Notes: generated from the sequence alone by a model not told the origin. A stretch of 64,000 bases of DNA from Lama glama (GCA_028534125.1 CM052816.1:65412001-65476000), one strand, 5' to 3'. Positions 38,171 to 49,379 are shown, numbered from the stretch's first letter. Program-made: numbers and translations.

Positions 38171-39022
38171 CAGTCTTTAGGAAGTGAGAAACTTTTCTCT
38201 ACATATAATTTTTGGCCATTTCAGTTTACTGCCTCCTGTTTTTTTTTGTTTTTTGTTTTTCTCTCACTTTATCCTGCTATCTAAATTTTTGCTTCTACAA
38301 ACCTAAATGGGTTTTATATCTGACTTTTTTTTTCTTTTCTTTTTGAACAAAACTTGCTGACTTCTTCTTTATTGGATTTGCACATTCCAATTCCTCATCC
38401 TGGAGTATGCTTCTTTCTTGCCTTCCTTTGCACTCATTTTTGATCCTCCCCTGCTTCAAACTTTACTGCACCTCAAGCATTCCCTCGTCACTTATGCACA
38501 TAATTCCTATTGTATTTTTCTGCACCTGATAATATCACTTTTTACGTCTTCTGGTATCTTTTCCTGAGCATTGTCCAGTCCTTTCCATTTAGTTATGAAT
38601 CTATATTCTAATCTAAAGGACCTTGTCACAGAGTGTGGCATAGTGATAAAACTTTGTGTGCTAGTGAAAATTCTTTAGGAATAAGAATAATCACACTCTG
38701 CTTTTCATTATTTGAATATTTGAATAATAGATTTTCTGATTAAGTTATGGCACATATGTCTCATTGAATTATGATAAGTACACCACATGGCAACCCTGTG
38801 CCTCTGTGAACAGAACAGTACAGTATCCTTTTCCGTTACATTTTAAAGGCAAGGAATTAAAACTTAAGGTGAAACAACCAGGGAAGGAGATAGGGGGAAC
38901 TTTTAGAATTACCCTAATAGTAATCATAATAGAAACCAAAAAAAAAAAGAATCAAACTACTGTGTTCTCTGTGTTATCTGGATGCATTCCCTAACTCCTT
39001 CTTAAGTTGTTGGGTATTAAAA

Positions 39023-39046
39023 CACACACACACACACACACACACA
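39023..39046. repeat. (CA)12 microsatellite
   Basis: Read directly from the sequence. Confidence 0.95.
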
Positions 39047-39699
39047 TTTAAAATGTATTCTTAGATCTTGAGAAATGTGATTTGATTTCAATCCTGAACT
39101 GTCTGTAGCATCACTGAAGGCTGCTGGAAACAGCTCTAATCAAAGGTTTGGATTCCCTTCCAAATCCAGTTCTAATGTTGGTACTTCTGGTGTCCATATA
39201 ATGAGATTTAACTGGCTTTATCACCTACTTACTTGAATTGTTGTAACATTTACATTTTTTTTTCAGTAGAAAACTAAATAGGCAAGAAAAAATTTCTTCT
39301 CTTTTATGTTAAGCCCCCTCTCAGTTTGTTTTTGAAGCTATACTGATGACAAATGAAAATCTTACATTAAAAAACAATTAAGGAAATGACTATGAAAATC
39401 TAGATTTATTCCTTTATAGTTGAATTTAAAAATGTGCATACCATAAGCAATAACTGAAACTTTAAAATCATTTTTAACTCCCCTAATGAAAACAATATGT
39501 TCCTCTGGTGGATGATGAGTTTAAAAGCAAAGAGATAACAAACACCATTTGTGGTTGTTAACTGTGCTGTTTCGCGCTTTGAAAGGGCCTTAATTAGCAA
39601 GGCTATACAACACAACGGTGTTCTGTAATGTGTTCCATATGCAGTATTTTGAAACCTTTTGTTTGGTTTCTAACTAGAGAGAAAGAGGAAGGGAGAAAA

Positions 39700-40390
39700 A
39701 AAAGAAGAGTCCATTTTATTCTCTGGGGATTTGTCTTATAAGGTGCATCCGATCGAGTTTAACAAACAGGGAAACATTTCTTGTCTTGCTAGTGTTTGTT
39801 TATTCTTGCCTTATAAAAACCAAGGGGCTAGCCATTTTTTTCATGAACGCGGACTAAAGGGAGATAAATAGACCTTGCGGGAGAGTAAGGTCAAGTTCAA
39901 AGTTTTTCTTTCCTTTGGATTCAGGAATAAGCAAATGGAAAGCCCAGGCAAACAACCAGCAGCAGGCATCTGATGGTTGAGCCCTCCCCCCAGGACTTTT
40001 TATGTACATAAGCAGAAGTCACTGGAGCAGCTGCGGCGCATTAGTTCCAATAGTTTAGCAGGCCGCTTTGCAGCGCTGACAAAAGCCTCGCCAGCTCAGC
40101 GGCTTCCCTCCATGTTCCTCTGCCTGGCGAGCTCGTCAGCGATCTTTGGCAGACGAGGGGTGACGTTTAATAGGCTTCCGCGGGAGTGAGGTCGCCTCGT
40201 CTACTCCCAGCCCCATCTCCGCGGAGAGACTGAGGCAGGCGACCGAATGAACTAGCAGCCAGCAGCTCGACCCGACCTGCATCCCCGGACATTTCCCCGG
40301 ACTCTCGAGCAAGGCAGTCAGTCACTGGAAGGAGTCCAGAGAACCACGTTGCCCTGGATCATTGCCAACTGTACAAAGTTGACCCGGAAA
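39700..40390 (+). promoter_or_regulatory. PDE4D: PDE4D5 alternative promoter and 5'UTR
   Basis: No recognisable repeats; CpG density rises sharply from ~40030. Motifs: CRE half-sites CGTCA (40134-40138) and TGACGTTT (40161-40168), TATAAAA (39812-39818), DR0 (39888-39899), E-box CAGCTG (40028-40033). The TSS cannot be determined from sequence. Confidence 0.8.
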
Positions 40391-40656
40391 ATGGCTCAGC
40401 AGACGACAAGCCCGGACACCTTAACAGTCCCTGAAGTGGATAATCCGCACTGTCCAAACCCCTGGCTGAACGAGGATCTTGTGAAATCCTTGAGGGAAAA
40501 CCTGTTGCAGCAGGAGAAGTCCAAGACGGCAAGGAAATCGGTTTCTCCCAAGCTCTCCCCGGTGATTTCTCCGAGAAATTCCCCCAGGCTCCTGCGCAGG
40601 ATGCTTCTCAGTAGCAACATCCCCAAACAGCGGCGTTTCACGGTGGCACATACATG
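40391..40656 (+). CDS. PDE4D: PDE4D5 isoform-specific first coding exon (88 codons + 2 nt); splices to the shared UCR1 exon outside this window
   Basis: Translation MAQQTTSPDTLTVPEVDNPHCPNPWLNEDLVKSLRENLLQQEKSKTARKSVSPKLSPVISPRNSPRLLRRMLLSSNIPKQRRFTVAHT matches the recalled unique N-terminus of PDE4D5. Strong Kozak context (GGAAAATGG). Ends in TG|GTAAGA, the split Cys codon of AHTC-FDVDNG. Confidence 0.97.
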
Positions 40657-40662
40657 GTAAGA
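40654..40662 (+). promoter_or_regulatory. PDE4D: 5' splice donor of PDE4D5 exon 1 (ATG|GTAAGA)
   Basis: Consensus GTAAG exactly where the isoform-specific sequence ends; phase 2. Confidence 0.93.
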
Positions 40663-41106
40663 TTTGCGAGGATTATCAGAAATGGTGGCCACTTCTCCCT
40701 GGGTGATTTTTGCTCCTCCCGCCTTTCACTTTAGGAGTGGGGAGGGAAGGGAGGATCATCTTCACTCCTTACCTGTGATTTTTCGGAAGTAATGTACCTT
40801 AGTAAATCCCACAGATATCCAAGTCAGGACAGGAATCTTTAAGATTGGTAACAGGAGTGTTTAAGGTGGGTGGTTCGCAAAGTTCAATTCCTATTGCAAG
40901 TTCCTACAAGAAAACTGATTCCAGATGTCAAATAGGAATGCAGTTTTACTCCCATACCGATGTGGTGGCATTTCTTTGATTTCTCAAGCTAATACCCCTG
41001 CCAGTTCCTGCAACAGCCTAGGGAAAAAGGACCAGAAAGGAGATGAGGAAAGTCATAGTTTGTTCTCTTTTCTGCATGATCCCAGTTAAACAGAGATGTG
41101 TGTGGA

Positions 41107-41126
41107 GTGTGTGTGTGTGTGTGTGT
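41107..41126. repeat. (GT)10 microsatellite
   Basis: Read directly from the sequence. Confidence 0.95.
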
Positions 41127-43110
41127 AATGGTGTCTCCCAGTAAAACCCCTCCTAACTACTGACTTTAATATATTTGTAACCTCAACCTGCCTTCTCAAT
41201 GGAGAGGAGAAAGGTTTTAGGAATGCTATGCAGAAAGTTGCAGACTGGTACTTGAAAATACTATTGTGTTCTTTGAATTTGCAGTCTTTGAATATTTTGT
41301 CAATATTTTTCTTTATGAATATTTTTATCTTGTTTATAATAGGTGAATTTATTTAGTGCGTATGCTGCCATGTAGTCTTCTAAATGATTCTTGATATTTT
41401 TCCTGCTCTTGGAAAGACAAATATTAAAAGAAACCATTGTACGAGCTTATTGTTTCTGAGGCAGTTTGAGGCTATGATCAGAGAAAGAGGGGTCTGTAAT
41501 GCGCAGTTGTTTAATTTTAGGTAGCAGTAGGGTCTATACACTACCTCCACGTTTTGGTAAAATGAATATTAATCATGATGAAGAAAATAGGCATAACAGA
41601 AAAAATAATGAGTGTGTCAGTTGAAAAACTGTTTGAATGATTTTTATACAGCTTTTCCATAGAACACCGAGTATCCCAGGAATGGAAAAAACAAAACAAA
41701 ACTGAACCAAAAAAAAAAAAAAAACACCCAGACTCAATCAAGACTTCTAGGAAAGAAACAGCAAGAAGTAGAGAGAATTAAAATCTAAACTTAGCAACAT
41801 GGCCCTACCCAGGAATGCATTCATGTCATAGGTGAAAATAGATGACAAAGGAAATAAAAGGCATGGTTCCACCCAAAGAATTGTCTGACCCCAGAATTGT
41901 AATTTTAAATAGCTAGATCTCTGCTTGGGGAGGTGTTTTTATTTTTCCCAAGATTTTAAGTAAGTGGCATTTCTAAGTTTAGAGATAATGGTCATAAGAG
42001 GGCTACAACAAAGATTGAATTTTTCAGTCTTAAAGAAACTGTGGGAAAAGGAGGACTTTTCTTGGAGGAAGATATTGTTGAAAAAACTAGTCAGAGACGA
42101 GCCGTGAATGAAAGGCACAGATGAACACTGGGAGATGCTCTGAGGGAGAGGGATGGCTTGAGACCAAGCATCAGGTGCCAGAGCAGGCAGGCTGGCTGGC
42201 TGGAGTTCAGAAAGAGTCAGGTGCAGAATTTGGGCATGCAATGTCCCTTTGGGGTGAGGTGCTTTTTTAATTATAGTTCCTAAAGTGTCCCTCTTGCCGA
42301 ATGGGTAAGCCTCAATACAGACACTTGATTTCTATCTGAGTGAAGCAACCTAGAGTTCAGCTGAAGGTTATCCGAACTGTTTGGACATGCTGAGATGTAA
42401 GGAAGGCAGGAAATCTCATGAAAACAGGCTTTCTTCTGAAATTTCTGGCACTTCCTTTTCTGGTCCTGTTTGGAGAAGCTCCAAGAGCATGATTTCTGCC
42501 GATATTTTGTTGTGGTCTGTCAGGTCTTCACTAGATGAGGGAGGCATGGAGAGAGCAAGGGAAATGAAAAATAAAAATTGTGATATCAATTCTCCGTAAC
42601 TAAGGGGAAACAGTATTCCTTGTGGACTAAAAGCATCCAGCGAGGGAGTTGGAAAGAGTACCTCACATTTTCCATATTGGTTCAACAAGCCCCAAGACTT
42701 TCATAATATCCACAGGCATCTTTTGACAAGTATCATTCCATCTGTGCTTTCAGTACTTGGACTAAGCACTATCCAGAATTTTTAAAATGTATTTCAAATT
42801 GTGCTGATTACATAGTCTGCTGTCTAACCTGCTGCTGCTACCCACCACACTCAAATCCTCTCCTCCTAAATTAGATGACCAGCCACTCAGATACAGGCCT
42901 TGTGTGTGCCTGCTTCAGAATGTTGGTTTCTAGACCTGATATTCCCTTCTATTCGATATGAATATATTTAATACCTACTGAGTCCTAAGCGTTTAGCTTT
43001 TGCCTACTGACTACAAAGTTGAATAAGAGCTCTTCCTTTGTTTCAAATAATTTACACTCTGATAGAAAAAATAAATCCTATTAGAAAGTATCTGATTAAG
43101 ATAATCTTTT

Positions 43111-43114
43111 CTTA

Positions 43115-43145
<31 letters not shown>

Positions 43146-43843
43146 TTTATTGACGTATAGTTAGTTTACAATGTTGTCAATTTTTGGTGTACAACATAAT
43201 GTTACAGTCATACATGAACATACATACATTCATTTTCATATTTTTCACCATAATTTACTGCAAAATATTGAATATAGTTCCCTGTGCTATACAGTATGAA
43301 CTTGTTGTTTATCTATTTTATATATATATATATTAGTATCTGCAAATCTCGAACCTCCAGTTTATCCCTTCCCACCCTTTTCCCCTCTGGTAACCATGTT
43401 TGTTTTCTATGTCGGTGAGTCTGTTTCTGTTTTCTAAATAACTTCATTTGTCTTTTTTTTCAGATTCCACATGTAAGTGATATCACATGGCATTTTTCTT
43501 TCTCTTTCTGGCTTACTTCACTTAGAGTGACAATCTCCAGGTCCATCCATGTTGCTGCAAATGGCATAATTTTATTATTTTTTATGGCTGAGTAGAAAAG
43601 GGAGCCCTCCTACACTGTTGGTGAGAATGTAGTTTGTTGCAGCCATTATGGAAAACAGTGTGGAAATTCCTCAAAAGACTAAAAGTAGACTTACCGTATG
43701 ATCCAGCAATCCCACTTCTGGGCATATATCCAGAGGGAACCTTAATTCAAAAAGACAACTGCACCCCAATGTTCATAACAGCACTGCTTACAACAGCCAA
43801 GACATGGAAACAACCTAAGTGTCCACCGACAGATGACTGGATA
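43111..43843 (-). mobile_element. Young L1 with 5' inversion (twin priming)
   Basis: Antisense 3' end (with (TA)n-containing tail) to ~43595, then a sense ORF2 piece [48 protein letters not shown] at 43098-43110 and 43844-43856. Confidence 0.92.
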
Positions 43844-43859
43844 AAGATAATCTTTTTGT

Positions 43860-44232
43860 TCTAACATACTCTACAAACCTTGACACAGTGGATGTTTATT
43901 TCTTGCTTCTGCTTCTTGTGGGGAGCTAGCCTGCCTTGGAGTAATTCAGGGACCCCGGATCCTACCATCCTGTGATTCCACTATTTGTGACACATGGTCT
44001 CCATGTTTGCCAGGCTCAGCTGAATCAGGGGAAAAGAGCACAGAATCTGGCATTCATGAGTTTTTATGAGGCAGTCCTAGAAGTGCCCACATTGTTATAC
44101 CAGTATTCCCCACATAGAACTCAGTTCTGTGACCATATTTAACTGCAAAGGAGCCTGGGAAACCTATCTCAGTTCTGATGCCAGGAAAAAGGTAAAACAG
44201 ATCTGGTGAACAGGCTGCCCATGTCAGTCACA
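43860..44232 (-). mobile_element. Old MaLR LTR (MLT1J/K-like)
   Basis: ATTCAGGGACCC...CCTAGAAGTGCCCACA...AACTGCAAAGGAGCCTGGGAAA...TGGTGAACAG. Confidence 0.75.
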
Positions 44233-44279
44233 ATGAGGTAATTTTACAGTTTCACCCTCTATACCATAGTTGGGTTCAT

Positions 44280-44780
44280 GGAGTAACATCTGTGGTGACC
44301 AGTCCTTTAGCATCTCTACACACCTCCTAGTTGAGGGTCAGACAGAACAATTCTATTTTTGACAAGCCTACTGATTGGGAAGTCCTTGCTTATCTACAGT
44401 TGAAGTCTTCTGCCTTGTAATTGTCTTCCCTGGGTCCTGGATCTGCTTTGAAAACCCCACAGCTTGAATCTCTCCTGTTTTCCATAATGTAGCCATTAAG
44501 GCAGGAGGCTTGGAGTCAACCATCAGAGCCAGACCCTGTTCTATTCATCTTGGTACACCCATTAATCAATGTTGTCAGTGTTATCATGCTTTTTAAAAAC
44601 TCTTCTCTTTTTTTAACTAAACATCCTAAGTTATTTCACATTTGTATGCTGTATTTACCAGGTTGATAACTGGTGGTTCTTATCTAGACTTCATTTGGAT
44701 TTTTCTGACCTTGAAAGAGGAGCTTGCTGAATTGATTTGATACCCCAGGTGCCATGTGACTCTTGTACAGAGAGTGTCTG
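44280..44780 (-). mobile_element. CR1/L3 fragment
   Basis: GGGAAGTCCTTGCTTAT...TCTGCCTTGTAATT...TGGGTCCTGGATCTGC resembles the antisense L3 3' region. Confidence 0.5.
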
Positions 44781-44789
44781 AGCAGCAGG

Positions 44790-45010
44790 CTATTTAAGTT
44801 TAAATTTTGACTTCCCCTTTACTAGTTGTGTGATTTTTGTCCAAATTACTTAACATATATTTGTTTCTCTGCTACCCAATTTCCTGGGAATAGTGACAGC
44901 ATCTGTTTGGTGTTGCGGTTTTATTAAGTTCAGTTCTGTGTAAATTAAAGTATAATGCACAGGGCCAGACACTTACTGAGTGTCATTATAAGCTAATATC
45001 TTCTTTATTG
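44790..45010 (+). mobile_element. MIR SINE
   Basis: TTTACTAGTTGTGTGATTTT...AAATTACTTAAC. Confidence 0.55.
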
Positions 45011-45096
45011 TGTGTCCATTAGTCTACCCTTGGTCAGCCTGAATCTTTAGGTCTATATTTAAAAATTTTTTTTTAAATTTTATGTCTATATTAAAA

Positions 45097-46587
45097 ATTT
45101 TTTAATTGAAATATAGTTGATTTACAATGTTGTGGTAGGTTCAAGTGTATAGCAAATAATTCAGTTAAACATATATATATATTTTTTCAGATTCTTTTCC
45201 ATTATAGGTTATTACAAGATATTGAATATAGTTCCCTGTGCATACAGTAGAACTTTGTTGTTTATCTGTTTTATAACAGTGTATATGTTAATCCCAAACT
45301 CCTACTTTATCTCTCCCTGCTCCTTTCCCCTTTGGTAATCATAGTTTGTTTTCAATGTCTGTGAGTCTATTTCTGGTTTGTAAATAAATTCATATGAATC
45401 AATTTTTTAAGATTCTACATGTAAGTGATANNNNNNNNNNNNNNNNNNNNNNNNNNNNNNNNNNNNNNNNNNNNNNNNNNNNNNNNNNNNNNNNNNNNNN
45501 NNNNNNNNNNNNNNNNNNNNNNNNNNNNNNNNNNNNNNNNNNNNNNNNNNNNNNNNNNNNNNNNNNNNNNNNNNNNNNNNNNNNNNNNNNNNNNNNNNNN
45601 NNNNNNNNNNNNNNNNNNNNNNNNNNNNNNNNNNNNNNNNNNNNNNNNNNNNNNNNNNNNNNNNNNNNNNNNNNNNNNNNNNNNNNNNNNNNNNNNNNNN
45701 NNNNNNNNNNNNNNNNNNNNNNNNNNNNNNNNNNNNNNNNNNNNNNNNNNNNNNNNNNNNNNNNNNNNNNNNNNNNNNNNNNNNNNNNNNNNNNNNNNNN
45801 NNNNNNNNNNNNNNNNNNNNNNNNNNNNNNNNNNNNNNNNNNNNNNNNNNNNNNNNNNNNNNNNNNNNNNNNNNNNNNNNNNNNNNNNNNNNNNNNNNNN
45901 NNNNNNNNNNNNNNNNNNNNNNNNNNNNNNTTGTGGACTTTTGAATGATGGCCATTCTAACTGGTGTGAGGTGATACCTCATTGTAGTTTTGATTTGCAT
46001 TTCTCTGATAATTAGTGATATTGAGCATTTTTTAATGTGCCTATTGATCATTTGTATGTCTTCCTTGGAGAATTGCTTGTTTAGATCTTCAGCCCATTTT
46101 TGGATTGGGTTGTTTGTTTTTATCTTATTAAGTCATATGAGCTGCTTATATATTCTGGAGATCAAGCCTATGTCGGTTTCATTTGCAAAAATTTTCTCCC
46201 ATTCTGTAGGTTGTCTTTTTGTTTAGTTACAGTTTCCTTTGCTGTGCAGAAGCTTGTAAGTTTCAATAGGTCCCATTTGTTTATTCTTGCTTTTATTTCT
46301 ATTGCTTGGGTAGACTGCCCTAGGAGAACATTTTCGAGATGTATGTCAGATAATGTTTTGCCTATATTTTCTTCTAGGAGGTTTATTGTATCTTGTCTTA
46401 TGTTTAAGTCTTTGATCCATTTTGAGTTTTTTTTTTTGTGTATGGTGTAAGGGAGTGTTCTAGCTTCATTGCTTTACATGCTGCTGTCCAGTTTTCCCAA
46501 CACCATTTGCTGAAGAGATTGTCTTTATACCATTATATATGCTTGCCTCCTTTGTCGAAGATTAGTTGACCAAAAGTTTGTGGGTTC
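45097..46587 (-). mobile_element. 5'-truncated L1 spanning an assembly gap
   Basis: 3' UTR at 45097-45430; ORF2 pieces [34 protein letters not shown] and NPQTFGQLIFDKGGKHI on the minus strand at 45931-46587. Confidence 0.9.
45431..45930. other. Assembly gap (500 N)
   Basis: Run of n characters. Confidence 1.
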
Positions 46588-49379
46588 TTGTCTACATTTT
46601 TAAATGATTGCCCCGTTTGTGGATGAATTAGACTAAAAAGAGTATATGTGAAGAGGCTAAGAGCTGGAAGGAATGATGAGCATACATAAGTTTCGGGGAA
46701 AGCAGAAAGGGGAGATATTGCTGAGGCAGAACTCCAGATTTGGTGCCTCTTCCTTATGTACTCCCATTCTACACACCTTTCAAGGCCTCTCTTCCTCAGA
46801 TCTTCCAGTTCCTCCAACTGGTAGTCATCTGCTGCCTCTTCAAAATCTGTACCATATTTTACTTTTGCTATTCCCTCAATGCTTTTAGTCATAATATGTC
46901 ACTAGCTAATGTTCACTGAACACTGGTATTTGATACTGTGTGTTAGATTAGGACCCTCTCATGTTCATGCTTCTCACCACTCTGTTTTATCATTTTTACT
47001 TAACATCTAGTACCTTGTAGTAGTGCTTATAGACCAGACTTTGTTTTCATCAGACTAGGGAATTCCCTCTGATGTCAGCAAGATCTCCAGAGTCAGTGGA
47101 ATTTCTGGTGAAGAAAACGTTCAGTGTGAGTTTATTTTAGGAAAACTAAACAGTCAGGAAAATCTTTATAATTTTCAGGTTTTCTCCTCAGTTTATGCTG
47201 GGTTCTGAATGAAAATGTTCTAGAGTGTGTATAAATGATATTAGACAATAGGATTTCTTTGTGTAAGGTAGGATCCAAGTAATATTCAAATGCCTTATCT
47301 TTAAAATTTCAGTGTACGTGTATGCGTTTTTAATTACAACATATCCAAAGGTAGAAGAACTCAGTAACATCCTTAGACAACAAAATGATTTCAAAATAAT
47401 GTAGATTTTTGAGAGGCGTCTTTCAGGAGACATTTAGAAAATCTTAAAGATTTCTAGGGAGCTAGAAAAGTGTTTTTGGCCATTTTTTAAAATACACTTC
47501 TCTACTGGGCATTGGCATTAGATATAAAATTGCTCATGTTTCAAAATAAAGACTTGTTTTCTTGAGTCGTAATTTCTTCAGCAATTGTAGTTGCTTTTTA
47601 TGGTTGTTGTTTAAGAGAGAAATATGCTATAAATTTTCTTGAAGTTATAGAAGAGGGCAGAAACCCTTTGTCACCTATAAAGAAGAAATCCAGCCAGTTA
47701 GAGTTTTTAGGTCACACACAAACACACATCCACTCACAAACACACCCAAGTAGGTTCTCAAAGCCATTATTTAGGGATTCTATTTGAGAACTTTCTCCTT
47801 CTTTCTAACTCCCCTACATTTGCCCTATGTAACTTTAAGGTTGTCTTTTCTCTGACCCACATGGTAAGGATACCCAGAGTGGGGCATTGCTGGTGCTCCC
47901 CCAGGAACTGGGAACCCAGAGGCTGCGGGTAAGGTGTGATACAAGGAGGTGGGGAGGAAGTTTCCGGGGGAAAGTCTCTGGGGTGCACAACAGGGAGTCA
48001 TGACAGCAGGTTAGGTGGGGCCAGTTGGCTGAGTTTTTAGCTGTGCCCCTGGCGTAACTGGCTGTGTCTTCTGCAGGAATCTTGGGGCACTCCAAGTTAA
48101 GGATATCTGGAACTTTTGAAAAGCATGATTAGCCTTTCCTAAAATCCAATGACCCCAGGAAGACCTTCCTCAAGAACTTGTCAATTGACTAGTAATATTT
48201 AAGAAATTAAAAAATAAAAATGTGACAGATAATTACTGAGGAACATGAAGAAAACATTGAAATAACATGGCAATTTATTACTCATTTGTACTTCCTGTGA
48301 CCTTTGACATCTATCTTAAAGAAAGAGAACAGATATTGAGTGTATCTATACTGGCCAAAGTCATTCTACTAGTAGTGAAAATACTTCAAAGCAAAAACAC
48401 AATCTTTCTTAGAAACTTGGTAGAAATGTTGCGTGAGAAGAAAATTAAAAATTAAATCTCAAAGTTCATTAAAATAATTTCTAAATCATGGCTTTAATTT
48501 TAAAAGCTATTCTTTGTGTAAATGTTTTTATAAATAACAAGCTCCTGTAAGGTTAGGTAACTGATTAAGCTTCAGAACTTCAGGAATTTTTTTTTTTCCT
48601 AAGACAGGAAGCTACCAAAATTGTTCTTCACATAGCAGTTTCAGGAAGAAGCTTTATTATCACCAGTGTGGCAAAGTTATGTCATTGTTTTTTAATGGTT
48701 TTGCTTTTGAAAGAATCATGTTTTTAAAACGGTGAGTTTAGCCTAGTGGAAGCCGTGTATTTCCAGTTCTGTTGGCTACTTGATATTTGACCTTAGTTAC
48801 TCAACCTTTTTGAATTGTAGACTCTTTATTCATAAGTCATATGGGCTATAGAGCGATTGATATTTACAAGTAAAAAATTGGCCAATTAAATTTACAAAGT
48901 GATAAGAAGCCACTGTACATTTAAGATAAGTAATTAAAAACAAGTTGTAATTTGCTGTTGTGAGATAGTGAGGTGTACACCTCGTGGGTAAAAACAGGGG
49001 ATATAATGCTTTAATTATTCTGTGACTCAGAAAAAGGCTGCAGGACCTTCAGAATGAAAAGATTGGTGGTATTCACTCTAAGACACCATCTGGAAGCCAT
49101 AATTTGGGGTAGGAAATGTGGAAATCTATAGATAATAATAAAAATTCAAATTTAAATTTTTCTTTTACTGTATCTTCCATTATATGCTATCTTAACATAT
49201 CCGTCTCTTCTACTTTATATACAAAACAGAGAAAAATCATTTTGTGTTCAATTTTAAAGACATAAATTCTCTCCAGCTATTTCAAATGGAGTCCTTATTC
49301 TCAGAGTGAGATCGTGAGTTGACACAAGAAGGAATTGTTTGATTTCACTTTGGAATAAAAATTTCAGGTTTATAATAAT

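Larger units (their letters stand above)
40030..40670. promoter_or_regulatory. CpG-island-like segment spanning the PDE4D5 promoter and exon 1
   Basis: By eye the most CpG-rich stretch in an otherwise CpG-depleted window; observed/expected ratio not computed. Confidence 0.75.

Noticed and set aside
40396..40692. Antisense ORFs over PDE4D5 exon 1
   Set aside because: Typical shadow frames of a GC-rich coding exon.
40739..40754. G-rich tract after the donor as a G-quadruplex
   Set aside because: Only three runs of 3 or more G; at most ordinary intronic G-triplets.
43634..43864. 76-aa ORF with clear protein similarity
   Set aside because: Inverted L1 ORF2 C-terminal fragment, not a host exon.
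45394..46051. 184-214 aa ORFs
   Set aside because: Artefacts of the 500-N gap plus L1 ORF2 sequence.
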